A stretch of 64,000 nucleotides of DNA from NCBI GenBank assembly GCA_010909165.1, contig VJWM01000025.1:1-64000 (forward strand), in the 5' to 3' direction. This DNA comes from Anthoceros angustus. Lineage: Eukaryota; Plantae; Anthocerotophyta. Both the position numbers and the translations under genes were made by a program. Within the stretch, counting starts at the first letter, position 1; the number at the start of each line of letters is the position of its first letter. Of this stretch, positions 49,701 to 60,846 are shown one piece after another. The notes under the pieces are model-generated. The model worked only from the letters and a program-made list of their open reading frames with translations, did no database searches and had not been told where the DNA came from.

Positions 49701-52193
49701 GAGCGCAACCTGGATGAGTTGAAGTGGGCAAGGCATGGATTGGACAGATCTTAGTAATCGAGTGGTAAAATAGTCGTTGATTGATTAATGGAATGCTTGG
49801 TTGTGATATGTAGGTTTCGCTATGTAGGACGTGAGTGTAAGTGATGCGTGTGCATGACGCAGGGAAGAAGGGAAGGAAAAGCGGTGGAAGGTGAAGGCCA
49901 GTCGTGAAGGAAGGCATGAACCTGGAGAGAAGGAAGATGGAGGGAAGGTGCCAAGGAGCGCCACCGTCAAGTGATGCCGGAGGCAACGTGGATGGTGGGG
50001 ATCCCGGAGGTGTGATGGCCCACCGACAAGGCGTATCACACGATCCGTGTCAAAAGCGTGAGTAGGGTGGCAACCCGATCGAGAGATTGAATGCTATTCG
50101 CTTGTCTGTAATTGTGGAAGTGGTGATTTGGCAGCCTATGGGGCCGGAGTGAAGGGGCTAGCCATTGAGGCTAGTGGGTCGAATGCCAGCCAAAGGTGGA
50201 CCACACGACGAAACGAGGAGGTGCCGAGCGAAGAGGGTCAAGCAAAGACAACGGTGTTGAAGCAAGAGGAGTCCGAGTCGGACGGTGGCGAAGGGTGTAG
50301 GCGCAAGTGACATAGGAATGGTTGGTACCGATCTATGGGTAGGGGCCGTTTGTGGAGGGGAATGTAAATGGTCGAGATGTTTTCCTGGACGATGGAGTCG
50401 CGCATGGGTGGACCGGTGATGGTCAATTAGCAACAAACAAGAGGGAATTGGTCCGCCCACCTTTGTAGCCCGGCATTGACATGTCAGAATTGTGAAAGTG
50501 GTTATAGAGGTCATGGATAGGTGTAGGAAGATGTGGAGGAACCTCGAAACCATTGGTGTTGGTCTCAAGAGTCACCAAGTGACGCCGCCCGCCCGCCTGA
50601 GGCACATGTTGGTGGTGCACGCGACGCATATGCCCATATCACGTGGAGTTCGTATTGCATCGGTGGAAACAAGCAAGGGATAGAGGACGATTGAAGTGTC
50701 CAAAAATTTGATTTAAATTGTCAATAAAATCAAACACTTAGATATGTAAGGTATGAGAGTGACGTAAGGGTTAGCACATATATATTATTATATAAACAAG
50801 TCTTGATGCCTATATACACGTATACACGTATACAAAGAGGCAAATACACTAATATAATAGAAGTATAATGGATGGATGTGTACATATAAACGCATACATA
50901 CTTATGTCTTGAAGCCTACAAACATATATATGTATATTGAGTATATGCAAAGGAGGTAAAAGGAAGGAAGGACAGCAGAGAGAGGTCATTGTAACAAGCA
51001 AGTTGAAAGAGGAATAGTGGAAGAGTATAAAATGGTCGAGATGTTTTCCGGACGATGGAGTCGCCATGGGTGGACCGTGATGGTCAATTAGCAACAAACA
51101 AGAGGGAATTGGTCCGCACCTTTGTAGCCCGGCATTGACATGCTGAATTGTGAAAGTGGTTATAGAGGTCATGGATAGGTGTAGGAAGATGTGGAGGAAC
51201 CAAACCATTGGTGTTGGTCTCAAGAGTCACCAAGTGACGCCGCCGCCCGCCTGAGGCACATGTTGGTGGTGCACGCGACGCATATGCCCATATCACGTGG
51301 GACATTGCATCGGTGGAAACAAAGGTGCAAGGGATAGAGGACGATTGAAGTGTCCAAAAATTTGATTTAAATTGTCAATAAAATCAAACACTTAGATATG
51401 TAAGGTATGAGAGTGACGTAAGGGTTAGCACATATATTATTATATAAACAAGTCTTGATGCCTATATACGACGCATACATACGTATACAAAGAGGCATGT
51501 AAATACACTAATATAATAGAAGTAACAGATGGATGTGTACATATAAACGCATACATACTTATGTCTTGAAGCCTACAAACATATATATGTATATTGAGTA
51601 TATGCAAAGGAGGTAAAAGGAAGGAAGAAGCAAGGAGAGAGGTCATTGTAACAAGCAAGTTGAAAGAGGAATAGTGGAAGAGTATAAAATGGCGTGATAG
51701 GGGAGGTCCTTCTCACGGTCATGAAGGAGGAGGAGAAGTGAAAGAGTATAAAAGGGTGTGATAAGGGGCAATAAATAGGAGGGTGAGGGGAGAGGAGAGA
51801 CCAAGTATTGTGTTAAGATGGGGTGAGAAGTGGATAAGAAAAGGACACCTTGAACACCAAGCCACCATAAAGTGTTGCAATATTGAAGTGGTACATGAAG
51901 TGAGAGACCAAGCATTGTGTTAGGATGGTGGGAGAAGGAAGAGAAAGAATGGACCAACTTAACACCAAGCCATCAAACCATGCCGAAGTTGGAAGTGGAA
52001 ATTATTAACAATGCTTGTGAGAGAGGGGTAGTAAGGGGAGGGGGAAGAGATAGTGTCGTTCGTGTTAAGATGGCGCACAAACGGGACAGAACTAACAAAC
52101 TTAATACCAACCCTCCAAAACATGTTGCAATGTGGAAGTGTAACAAAAAATTGCAACATCCACTGTAACATAGGGTGCCCTTTTCTAGTAGGG

Positions 52194-54830
52194 TGTAGAC
52201 GTCCTCTTGAAGGTCATGCAAGAATGCCGTCTTGACATCCATCTGTACCAGTTCCATATCATCCCTCGCAACCAAAGCAAGAACACATCGCAAAGTTGTC
52301 ATTTTGACTCTTGGTGAGAAAATCTCATCAAAGTCAATGCGTTGTTGCTTGAAACCCTTAGCAACCAATCGTGCCTTGTACTTTGGTTTGCCATCAAGGG
52401 TATGACCTTCATCTTGTACACCATTTGCACGGTAGTGCCTTCTTATCCTTAGGCAACCAACCAACTCCCAAGTTTGGTTCTTATCGGAATTCATTTCGAT
52501 CGCATGGCCTTCTCCCACTTCTTGTTACTCATTGACATGGCCTCTTTGTAAGAAGAGGGTTCCCCAATCTGTCAAGATACATAATCCGAGATGGATCATA
52601 CCCGCTGGGAGGTCGTAATCCCGCCTCGACCCACGGCATGTGCACCTCTATAGGTGCTTGTTCGACTCTTGGTTCATCTATCGGTGGAGGAATGTGCTCG
52701 CACATTACCACGGTATCAACCGCCCATGATGATCATGTCCATCTTCTTGGAAGATCACCCTTCGCACCTCCACAGCTTGGAGTAGGCTTCTGCATCTTGT
52801 TCTCATTGAAGAACACGTTAGTACGAACAACCTTTCTAGCCTCTGGATCCCACAAACTATCCCATCTCACGAATCACCATAGCCAAGAAAAATACATTTC
52901 TTGGACTTAGGTGCCAACTTGTCCCGAAACTCTTTTGGAACATGGCGGTATGCCTCACAAACACTCGCAGATGCTTGTAGGATGGTTTCTTTCCGGACCA
53001 TAGCTCCTCTGGAACTGCTCATCAATTTTATTAGGAGATCATTAATAAGATGAATGCAGAGAGACATCGCTCGCCCAAAACCCATTAGGCAATCCGAGTT
53101 TGACAACAAACTCGCATCCTCTCACGAATGGTTACATTCATCCGCTCGCCACACCATTTTGTGGAGGAGTATACTACGTAATCAATTCTCTTTTGATTCC
53201 CTTGGAATAGGAAAGCTTTATTTCCACCATTATCTCGCCCAGACACTTCAATCGGTGGCCGATCGATTCTCTACAAGGGTGACAAATTTCAAACACCGTT
53301 AACTTCATCCTTTTTCCTCAAAGGATAAACCCACACCTTGCGTGAGAAATCATCTATGAAAGTGACAAAATAGGAGGCACCGCCTAATGATGCGATGAGC
53401 ATAGGTCCACATACATCACGTGAACCAACTCAAGAGGTTTACTCTACTTTTACCTCGTGTTCGATGTGATGATTTTGTCTGCTTCCCATATAAACAAAGG
53501 CTCACACATCGAGAGATCGAGAAGTTAAACGAGGATATAACCGTAACGAGATAAAACCTTCATTCCCTTGAGACATATGTCCTAACCGCAATGCCACAAG
53601 GAAACATTTGGTCTCTGTCACCGATCACATGATCTTTGATGTTTACAAGTGAGTACAAAGTGCCACACTTGATCCACGAGCTAACACAAGAGAACCTTTG
53701 GAGATCTTCCAAGAGTGATCCCCAAAACCAAAGAGTGGTAACCAAAGATCATCCAACCGTCTGCGCTAATCATGCTCTTTGTCAACTTGAACATGGCGTC
53801 CTTGACATGAATGAAGATCCGTTGTCAAACTTGAGTTGCACATCACCTCGCTGCGATCGCATGCATAGTTATTTCCAAGCCTAACGCATCCTTTCCTTGT
53901 AGCATCATACGTAAACCACTCTCTATGAGGAGTAACATGGAAAGATGCACGAGTCAATTATCCAATTGCGTAATAAATGACTATCCACGGTCAGCAAAGA
54001 TTCAAGTAAGAAGAGATAAGGACATCTCCGTCCTCAACGAGTTTAACTCTTCCAACTCGATGACAAGTCGCCTTCTTGTCGCCCCGCTTCTTCTCTTTTC
54101 CTTGGTCCTTTTGAACTTCTCGCACTCTCTTTTGAAGTGACCCTTTTGTGACAATAGTGACACTCCACATTCTTGTTACGACTACGAGATTTGCTACGAG
54201 AGAAGCTCCGGTTGCTTCCCTTCGCAGCGGACCTCCCTCTCACTATGAGGCTTTGGAACCTTTGGAAGGTTCCATGTTTTCCTGCTCACCTCCTCGCCAA
54301 TGTGCTACCTTCTACATTTACAATGGTAAGACCACTAGCGCGTAATTACTAGTCGCACGAAAGGTGTCCCAACTCTCGGTAATGTGACCAAGTAAACATA
54401 GCTCTCACTAACTGGGAACGTGATACCTTGAGATGAGAGCTGGCTGAAAATGGTATTGAAATCATTCGATGATCGGACATCCTCGTCCCTTCCTTCATCT
54501 TCAAGTCCACCACCGTTTCAACCAATACACCGAGAAGCCGCACTTTGCTTCTCATACAGTCACCTTCCGCCACACCAGTAACTCGTGGTCTTATCTTTCA
54601 CATTGAAGTACACTTTTTGACAATGTTAGCATGATAGTAGATCTAGCAAGCTCATCCAGTCCGCCACTCATCCAGTCATACTATCCGGTTTGACGCCTAA
54701 CAACTTTATGGGCTTGATCCGCTTTTTCGCACTAGAACATTATACACTTGTTCTTTCCAACGGAAGTTAGTACCATCTAACTTCTCGATATTGAACATGA
54801 CGCTTTCGGCGATGAAGACATCATGACTCA
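52194..54830 (-). pseudogene. Copia gag, protease, integrase and RT 5' part
   Basis: CHYCHK knuckle; SFHVTPHREWF; KLAPKSKKCIFLGYG; KYKARLVAKGF..DFDEIFSP; QMDVKTAFLH. Confidence 0.9.
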
Positions 54831-54939
54831 AAAATCGACACTGAAAACACTACTGCCCTTTAGTGTCAAAGAAGAAATCCACCGTGCGTCTGTATTTTGC
54901 CGTTGACTATTCCACTGGTTTCCGCAATATTTCGTAATT

Positions 54940-55925
54940 GCCACCGTCCGGCTCGGCTCACGGCCGCCGTGCCTTGCGCACGCGCTCGCCACCGCGCCTC
55001 ACGCCCCGCCGCGCCTGCGCTGCCGCGCCGCGGGCCACACGCACGCCCCGCTGCTACAAGGCCGCGGCTGCTGCCGCCACGCCGCGGCCATGCGCGGTAG
55101 CGCCGCGCGCCCGCGCGCGCCCGCTGGCGCCACTGCCCACGCCAGGCGCCACGCGGCGCGCCGCCGGCGCGCCAGGCCGCCACGCTGGCTGCAAGGCCCG
55201 CGCCTCGGCGCCGCGCGGCTGCTGCGCCCGGGCGCGGCGCGCGCGGCCCGCGGCCCACAGCGGGCGCGCCTCAAGGCGCCCGCGGCTGGCGGCTCGCGCT
55301 GCCTGGGCGCTCCGGGCCCGCGGCTGCGCGGCTACCGCGCCTGGGCGGCCGCGCGCGCCTGCCCGGCGCCTGGCGGCCCGGCGCCCCGCGGGCGCTGGCG
55401 CCGGCGCACCCTACGCCAGGCCGGCGGCTGGCGCGCTCGCGCCCGCTGGGCTCGCTGGCGCGCCGCGCGGCCGCCGGCGCGCCCCGCCAAGGCCCGCGCT
55501 CGCGGCCCGGCGCACCGCGCTCCGCCGCGCCGCGGCCGCGCGGCCCCGCGCCCGCGGCCAAGGCCGCGCCCGCGCGGGCTTCGCGCCGCGCGGCCTCAAG
55601 GCGGCTGCGCGGCGCGCCAAGCGGCGGCGGCGTGGCGCTGGCTCGCGCCGGGCGGCGGCGCGGCGCGCCCGCTGGCTCGCCACCGGGCGCGCTGGCCCAC
55701 GCCCGGCGCACACAAGGCCCGCTGCGCGGCGGCAAGATGGCGCTCGCGGCCGCCGCCCGCTGGCGGGCTCAGTTTGCCGGCGTTTCTGCCGCCACAGGCC
55801 CGGCTCTGCCGCCTGGGCCCCTGCGGTCCGCAGACGCCCGAGCGGCCTCAGCGCGCACGGCCCCGCTACAAGTCGTTTGCCTCGCCAATTGCCCCGCCCG
55901 GCGCCGCGGGGCTCGCACTGCCCGA
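54940..55925. other. Extremely GC-rich low-complexity tract in the Copia 5' leader
   Basis: About 1 kb made up largely of gcgc/gccgc/ggcc, lying between the gag start and the PBS. Confidence 0.85.
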
Positions 55926-56007
55926 TCTGGATCACTGCAATTCCACGAGCTCCACCAAGAAAATTCTAGCATCACAACACAACCAAACCAAAGCTGCTCG
56001 ATACGCT

Positions 56008-56252
56008 TGAAGGATCGAGCACACATGATGGTAAAGAGGAGAGGAGAGGAGGAGGCAAGTGTAACTCTCACATTGAGATGAGGCTTGGAGGGTATTTATA
56101 CCTCCAATAGGGCTCCTAGAAGCTCCACAAGAAGCTCCTAGGAAGGAGCACAAGAAGCTTCCTAGTGATTAGCCAAACTAATGATACTTAATCGACACCT
56201 AACTTAGACTAAGTGTATTAGTCTAAGTACATTGGGCTTTAATACCCTTACA
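56008..56252 (-). repeat. Copia 5' LTR
   Basis: TGAAGG...CTTACA; matches 26806-27059. Confidence 0.9.
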
Positions 56253-56524
56253 CTTTCGCCTACGTCTCACAGTCTCTGATCCATATCAAGTCTCCTCGCG
56301 TCTTTTAGGTAGTCCTCGTATGGTATAGTGCGGTCCTGCATAAGTTCAGCCTTCCTTTATTTCCTCACAACTTGCAGGCTACTTTGTGGCTCTCTTCCGC
56401 GGTAGCTTGATGGCAGGGCCTTATCAACTTCAATGACGTGCCCTTTCCACTCTACTCGGCTCGTGGGATGTACCCTCACCACTAAGCGTACTAGATTAAG
56501 ATACCTCAACTAATAACAAATACC

Positions 56525-57136
56525 ACAACATGCCTCCCTCAGCAGGGGTGGGAAAACCACCATGGTTAGAACCAAAAGCAGGAAGTAGCCAAATTAACTA
56601 GACATGACACTAGGCCTCCAAGTAGCAGCCCCTCCTCTTCTAGGAGGACTGCAGTGACACCAGCACGGCTGCTCTTTATTCTCAAATCACAGGAGTCGGC
56701 CTTAAGAACAATACAAAGCTGAAGGGCTAGAGAACTCTGCCTCATCTTTGCCTGAAGCTGGGAGCTTAGCTCTCCCTTCAGCAAGCACCTCCACCACAAA
56801 GCTCCTTCCATGGCCTCCTTAGGTGCTCAGTAAGCAACAAGTGCTCTCAAGGCCGGCCGAGAGCATCCAGGTGCTCTCCAAGGGCTGTAGCCTAAGCATC
56901 CAATGCTCCTCAATTTGGCCCCATCACATCAACAGCCTAGAAATGAGGTCTCCTTTTACTACTCAAGCCTAGCTACAATCTTAAGTTAACTACTTGCTTA
57001 AGCTTTAAGCTATTATTTACCTACACTTCCCTAAATTTTTAATGGCTTAACATGCTCTTAATGCTTCACTCTTCTAAACAGCCTGCCTCTTGCATGGAGC
57101 TTGCCTTACAAAGCACTCAAGCTTGACTTTGTTACT
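56525..57136 (-). repeat. Gypsy 5' LTR
   Basis: Homologous to 22130-22706; preceded on + by ..tacca (complement of a TGGTA PBS start); left boundary approximate. Confidence 0.8.
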
Positions 57137-57424
57137 CATAGCTGGTTTTCCAGCGAAATCCCCATTGGGTGAAGTCTTGATGTTTACATAATATGAGGTA
57201 GAAATGCTTGTACTTACCACATGACTGTGATAGGCGACAAAGTGCTGGCTTCCTAGAGTGAGCAATCACGGATTAATTCACTCCACATAAAAGACTTGCA
57301 CAATTGTCAGCTCTCAATCTCTACCCGCACCAACATTAGGTTCCAGTAGCTTCTTAGTCAATTGACACTCATAAAACCACCTCCTCGAAGTGTTGCTCTT
57401 TATTCACATTATATAGACTTGAGT

Positions 57425-57535
57425 CTGGCTATCTACACTTAACTAGCTATTGCCCTTGGCTATCTACACTCAACTAGCTAGTGCCCTTGGCTATCTACAT
57501 TCAACTCTATTGCCCTTGGCTATCTACACTCAACT
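57425..57535. repeat. ~31-bp tandem repeat, ~4 copies
   Basis: tgcccttggctatctacactcaactagcta units. Confidence 0.88.
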
Positions 57536-57699
57536 TCAGCTGTTGCCGCCAGCTCACTTGACCGCTTGCTTGCTAGGGTCTCCACCCAGCTCTCAACACA
57601 GGCTTACAGCATTAAATGAATTGAATGATGGTACTCAAAGCCTTCTTCTGACCTATATATTCCTACTAGAAATCATTGTCCATGTTAAGGGCTGATATA

Positions 57700-58075
57700 C
57701 CTGCATAAGGATAGTGGATTTCAAAAGAGTGCGATTATTCCCTCTGCTTTATGTGCCGATCCATTCAGCCTTCTTGGCCCTTTTTGCCCTTGACAACGCC
57801 TGAGCATCCTGCAAGATCTGATCCTTGAAGTCACGGTAGCAGGTTAAAGCTTCATCCACCAAGAACATGCTCATCTTCCTCAGCGCCATTTCTGGTATGA
57901 ATTCAGACTTGTACTTGAGCACCATCTCATCAATCGTCCACCTGAACTTTTCTTCAAAGTCGGCAAGAGAGATGTTGCCTTGTCTACCAGTAGACACATC
58001 ATTTTTGCTAAGAGCTGCTTCATACTTCATTCTTGCCCAGAAACAACTCTCCTCGAACTCTATGGACCGGATAGG
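57700..58075 (-). pseudogene. Possible retrotransposon gag-like fragment
   Basis: ..LADFEEKFRW..MSMFLVDEALTCYRDF.. loosely resembles gag helices; no other domain seen. Confidence 0.3.
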
Positions 58076-58861
58076 ACTCTGATTCTACTCAAACTAACCG
58101 CCTATTCTACGAATCGAGGGGAAGCCGGACAGTGGTCGCGGTGGTCGCATAGCTCTCATGACAAGAGTTATGTCAAGGATTATGTGAAACCATACCCAAC
58201 CCCGATTAAGATAAGTCAGGTCACCCGCTTAAAAACAATAGTACCAACGTAAAATGTATTCTTCTCTATTCCTCAACAAAAACCCTCACTTTCAGCTAAA
58301 GTCATTTAAAGAACCCTTGGGATCCGTATGGCCGCTTCAATCGAATGCAGACATCGAATCCGCCTTCCCACGCGCCTATGCCCCTTTATCACGCACGCCT
58401 TCTTGTCAATCCTTGGTCGCCGGGTGCCGTGATGCCCAATGCTGGGATCAGACACCGCCTGCTGCATTGCGGTGATTGGGCAATGATGCCGCCGTGACCC
58501 ACAGCTAATTTCAGGTCTTTACGTCCGTTGTCCTCACACACAGCACACATACATCATACACGTCATACATGCATCATACATGTTATGCACGCATGCCGTG
58601 CCACACTGTGCGCATGGGTGCATACATGATCATATCAGCATGACATCTACAGATGTTAGGATACATGACCCTTTACGTTAGGGTTATGTATGTAATAAAC
58701 GTACCTACTGTTAGTTGCCTAGTAGGTAGGTTATAGTGAAGAGACATGACTCTTGGATATTCTATATTAAACACCACGTTGTGCTTCAATTGATTATCTT
58801 TAGTTTTGGCAATTCCATGTGTGTTCATGTCTTAGCACACATGCCTTATGTAATTTTGACA

Positions 58862-58873
58862 TGGTATCAGAGC
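58862..58873 (+). promoter_or_regulatory. Primer-binding site (initiator tRNA-Met)
   Basis: TGGTATCAGAGC immediately after ...TGACA. Confidence 0.9.
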
Positions 58874-60846
58874 ATTAGGAATTATGTTTTTTCTGGGTAC
58901 ATGATTCAATGTTTTCTTTATTCGCAATTGTTTCTAGCCTGATGCTCTAGATGTGGGTAGCAAAACGGAGTTGGAGATTAAAATCCGAGCCCACAATTTT
59001 GTGGCTCTCGGATCGTGGTTCCGATTTCGTCCCTCACCACCGCACGATAGCATAGATAGGCTAGACCTTACAATTGGCAGATAGGAAAACATGGAAAATT
59101 TCCGCTGTGCAGATCAGGCTGCTTCAGCGCAGCAATCTTTTTACTCTGAACTAGCTAAGGATGCCTCGACGGGGGCAACCTCATGCTCAGCATCCTCCAC
59201 TTGCATCTTGCAATCATTACAGAGAGAGGAGTCAGGCCACAAGAATTTTCCGTGACCCTGTAATACAGGATCAGAGCAAGACCTGAACTCAGCGGTCACA
59301 CACCTGATCGTGCACACTTTGAACATCAAGCTATAGCACGATTTGGGAGAGATCTTTCGACGCAGAGCCCCTGATCTACCAGAGATTGTTGGAGCTTCTG
59401 ACAATCGGCTTTCAGGGGAAATAGCTCCCACCGCCTCTCTCCGCAGGTGACTTTCACGGCATCGAGGTCTTGAGGCATCCGCCGCTACGCAAATGCATAC
59501 ATCGTTAGTGGAAGATGCGGAAGCCATGTAATCAATCACCGCGCCGATTGGGTCCAAATTATCCTCTCTACGAGTTGCCGCGACGCATGGCTCCCGTGAG
59601 AAGCCTGAATCACAACTGCCACCAACAGAGCGCGCCACTCAGGCACCCCGGGCTCTCAGCTGTGATGCGCCTTCTCCTAGGTCAGGAGTTCCCAAAGTAG
59701 CGAGGTCACGGCCGCACTGCACCTTCCCAAGGCCGTCGCTACTCGCAAACACCTTCTCCTGTGTTAGCATTTGCCCAGTTCCACCTCCCCGCGCCCTAGC
59801 TTCCTAGGTCACTGACCCAGTCTCACCACCTTGTTTAGCTTCTCCGGCATCCCATTCTCTTGGTTATCTTCGACTCCACTTTTGAAGATGACTCGGCCCA
59901 CTGATCACACCTGGATTAGTGTCTTCTTCACAAAGTAGGTTAGCATGGCCTCATGGTCTGGGGGAGGAGGAGGAGGGGGTGGAGGAGAAGGGGGTGGTGG
60001 AGGAGGAGGGTATCCGTCTGTACCTGTTCCTCAGCCCTCCTATTCGGTTGAATTGGTTGGGATCGCCCAATGGCATGAAGTTCGATGGAAGGTGCGATGA
60101 TGACGCCCGCAAGCGAGGCACGCTTGGGGAGTTGTCACGCACGCTTAACCCGCTCATCCGCCACCGGAAGAGAAGGACAAGTGGGCAAACTCAATTATGT
60201 TGCTGGTCACAAGTGTGTAATAAATTAGACTCCTCTCAGGCATGTTTTCTTGACCAAAGCTGAAGAAATTTGGACTCTCCTCACCCAGACATATGAAGCT
60301 AAAAATATCCTTACCATGTGTGTGTCAGGTGAACTCTTCTCTTTTGCCTCAAGGAAGGCGGGTTTCCCTTTGTCATGCTTTTGGCCAATCGGGCTCAACT
60401 TATTCACCTCGGCTCTCAATTCCTGAGCTTGATGTCAGTCACCGACCACCGCCTCCCACTATCGTGACTTTTGTTTCTAGCTACGGAGTAACCGGCCTGA
60501 TGCCGTATGTAAATGAAAGCAGCAGCCACCAACATCAACCTAGCAGATGTCATTGGTGCCCTGCTACAAGAACAAAGCCGAAGTCATTCCACTACCAGCA
60601 GTGGTCGCACCAAGGCTGATAAAGTATTCTATTCCCAAGGACGGAATAATCACTAAGTCTACATTCAAAGTGTGTGCAGGCTCCTCAAACCCACCTGCCA
60701 AGAGAGTCGCTGAATCGTGTGGGCGTGGCCACTGGAACGGAATGAGAAGAAGAAATCAGCCACGAAGTAGAAGCCTCCTGACAGTCAAGCACATGTGTCG
60801 CTAAGGATCGACCACGCCGACTTCTCCAAAGAAACCACCAATCATA

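Larger units (their letters stand above)
34207..52193. mobile_element. En/Spm (CACTA superfamily) transposon, ~18 kb, CCCTA termini
   Basis: Perfect 30-bp TIR CCCTACTAGAAAAGGGCACCCTATGTTACA at both ends; 3-bp TSD TGT; subterminal tgtaaca/gttgcaa repeats; removing it restores Copia ..EDVYMQQPEGF.. Confidence 0.93.
26806..56252 (-). mobile_element. Ty1/Copia LTR retrotransposon inserted in the Gypsy gag
   Basis: ~250-bp LTRs at 26806-27059 and 56008-56252; PPT complement acctcccacttaaagg; degenerate tRNA-Met PBS complement gctcgatac at ~55996; the Gypsy gag-like frame resumes at 56253-56500. Confidence 0.88.
22130..57136 (-). mobile_element. Ty3/Gypsy chromovirus LTR retrotransposon (outermost element of the nest)
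   Basis: Homologous LTRs at 22130-22706 and ~56525-57136; termini AGTAACA...TGTTACT; CATA on both flanks; PPT complement ttctcccccac at 22707; gag-PR-RT-RH-IN-chromo order. Confidence 0.85.

Noticed and set aside
54866-56081. 343-aa and 306-aa Arg/Ala/Pro-rich ORFs
   Set aside because: Stop codons are scarce because of extreme GC content; no domain signal.
26801-56257. TSD for the first Copia element
   Set aside because: The flanks (cgagc vs ctttc) do not match, so no TSD is claimed.
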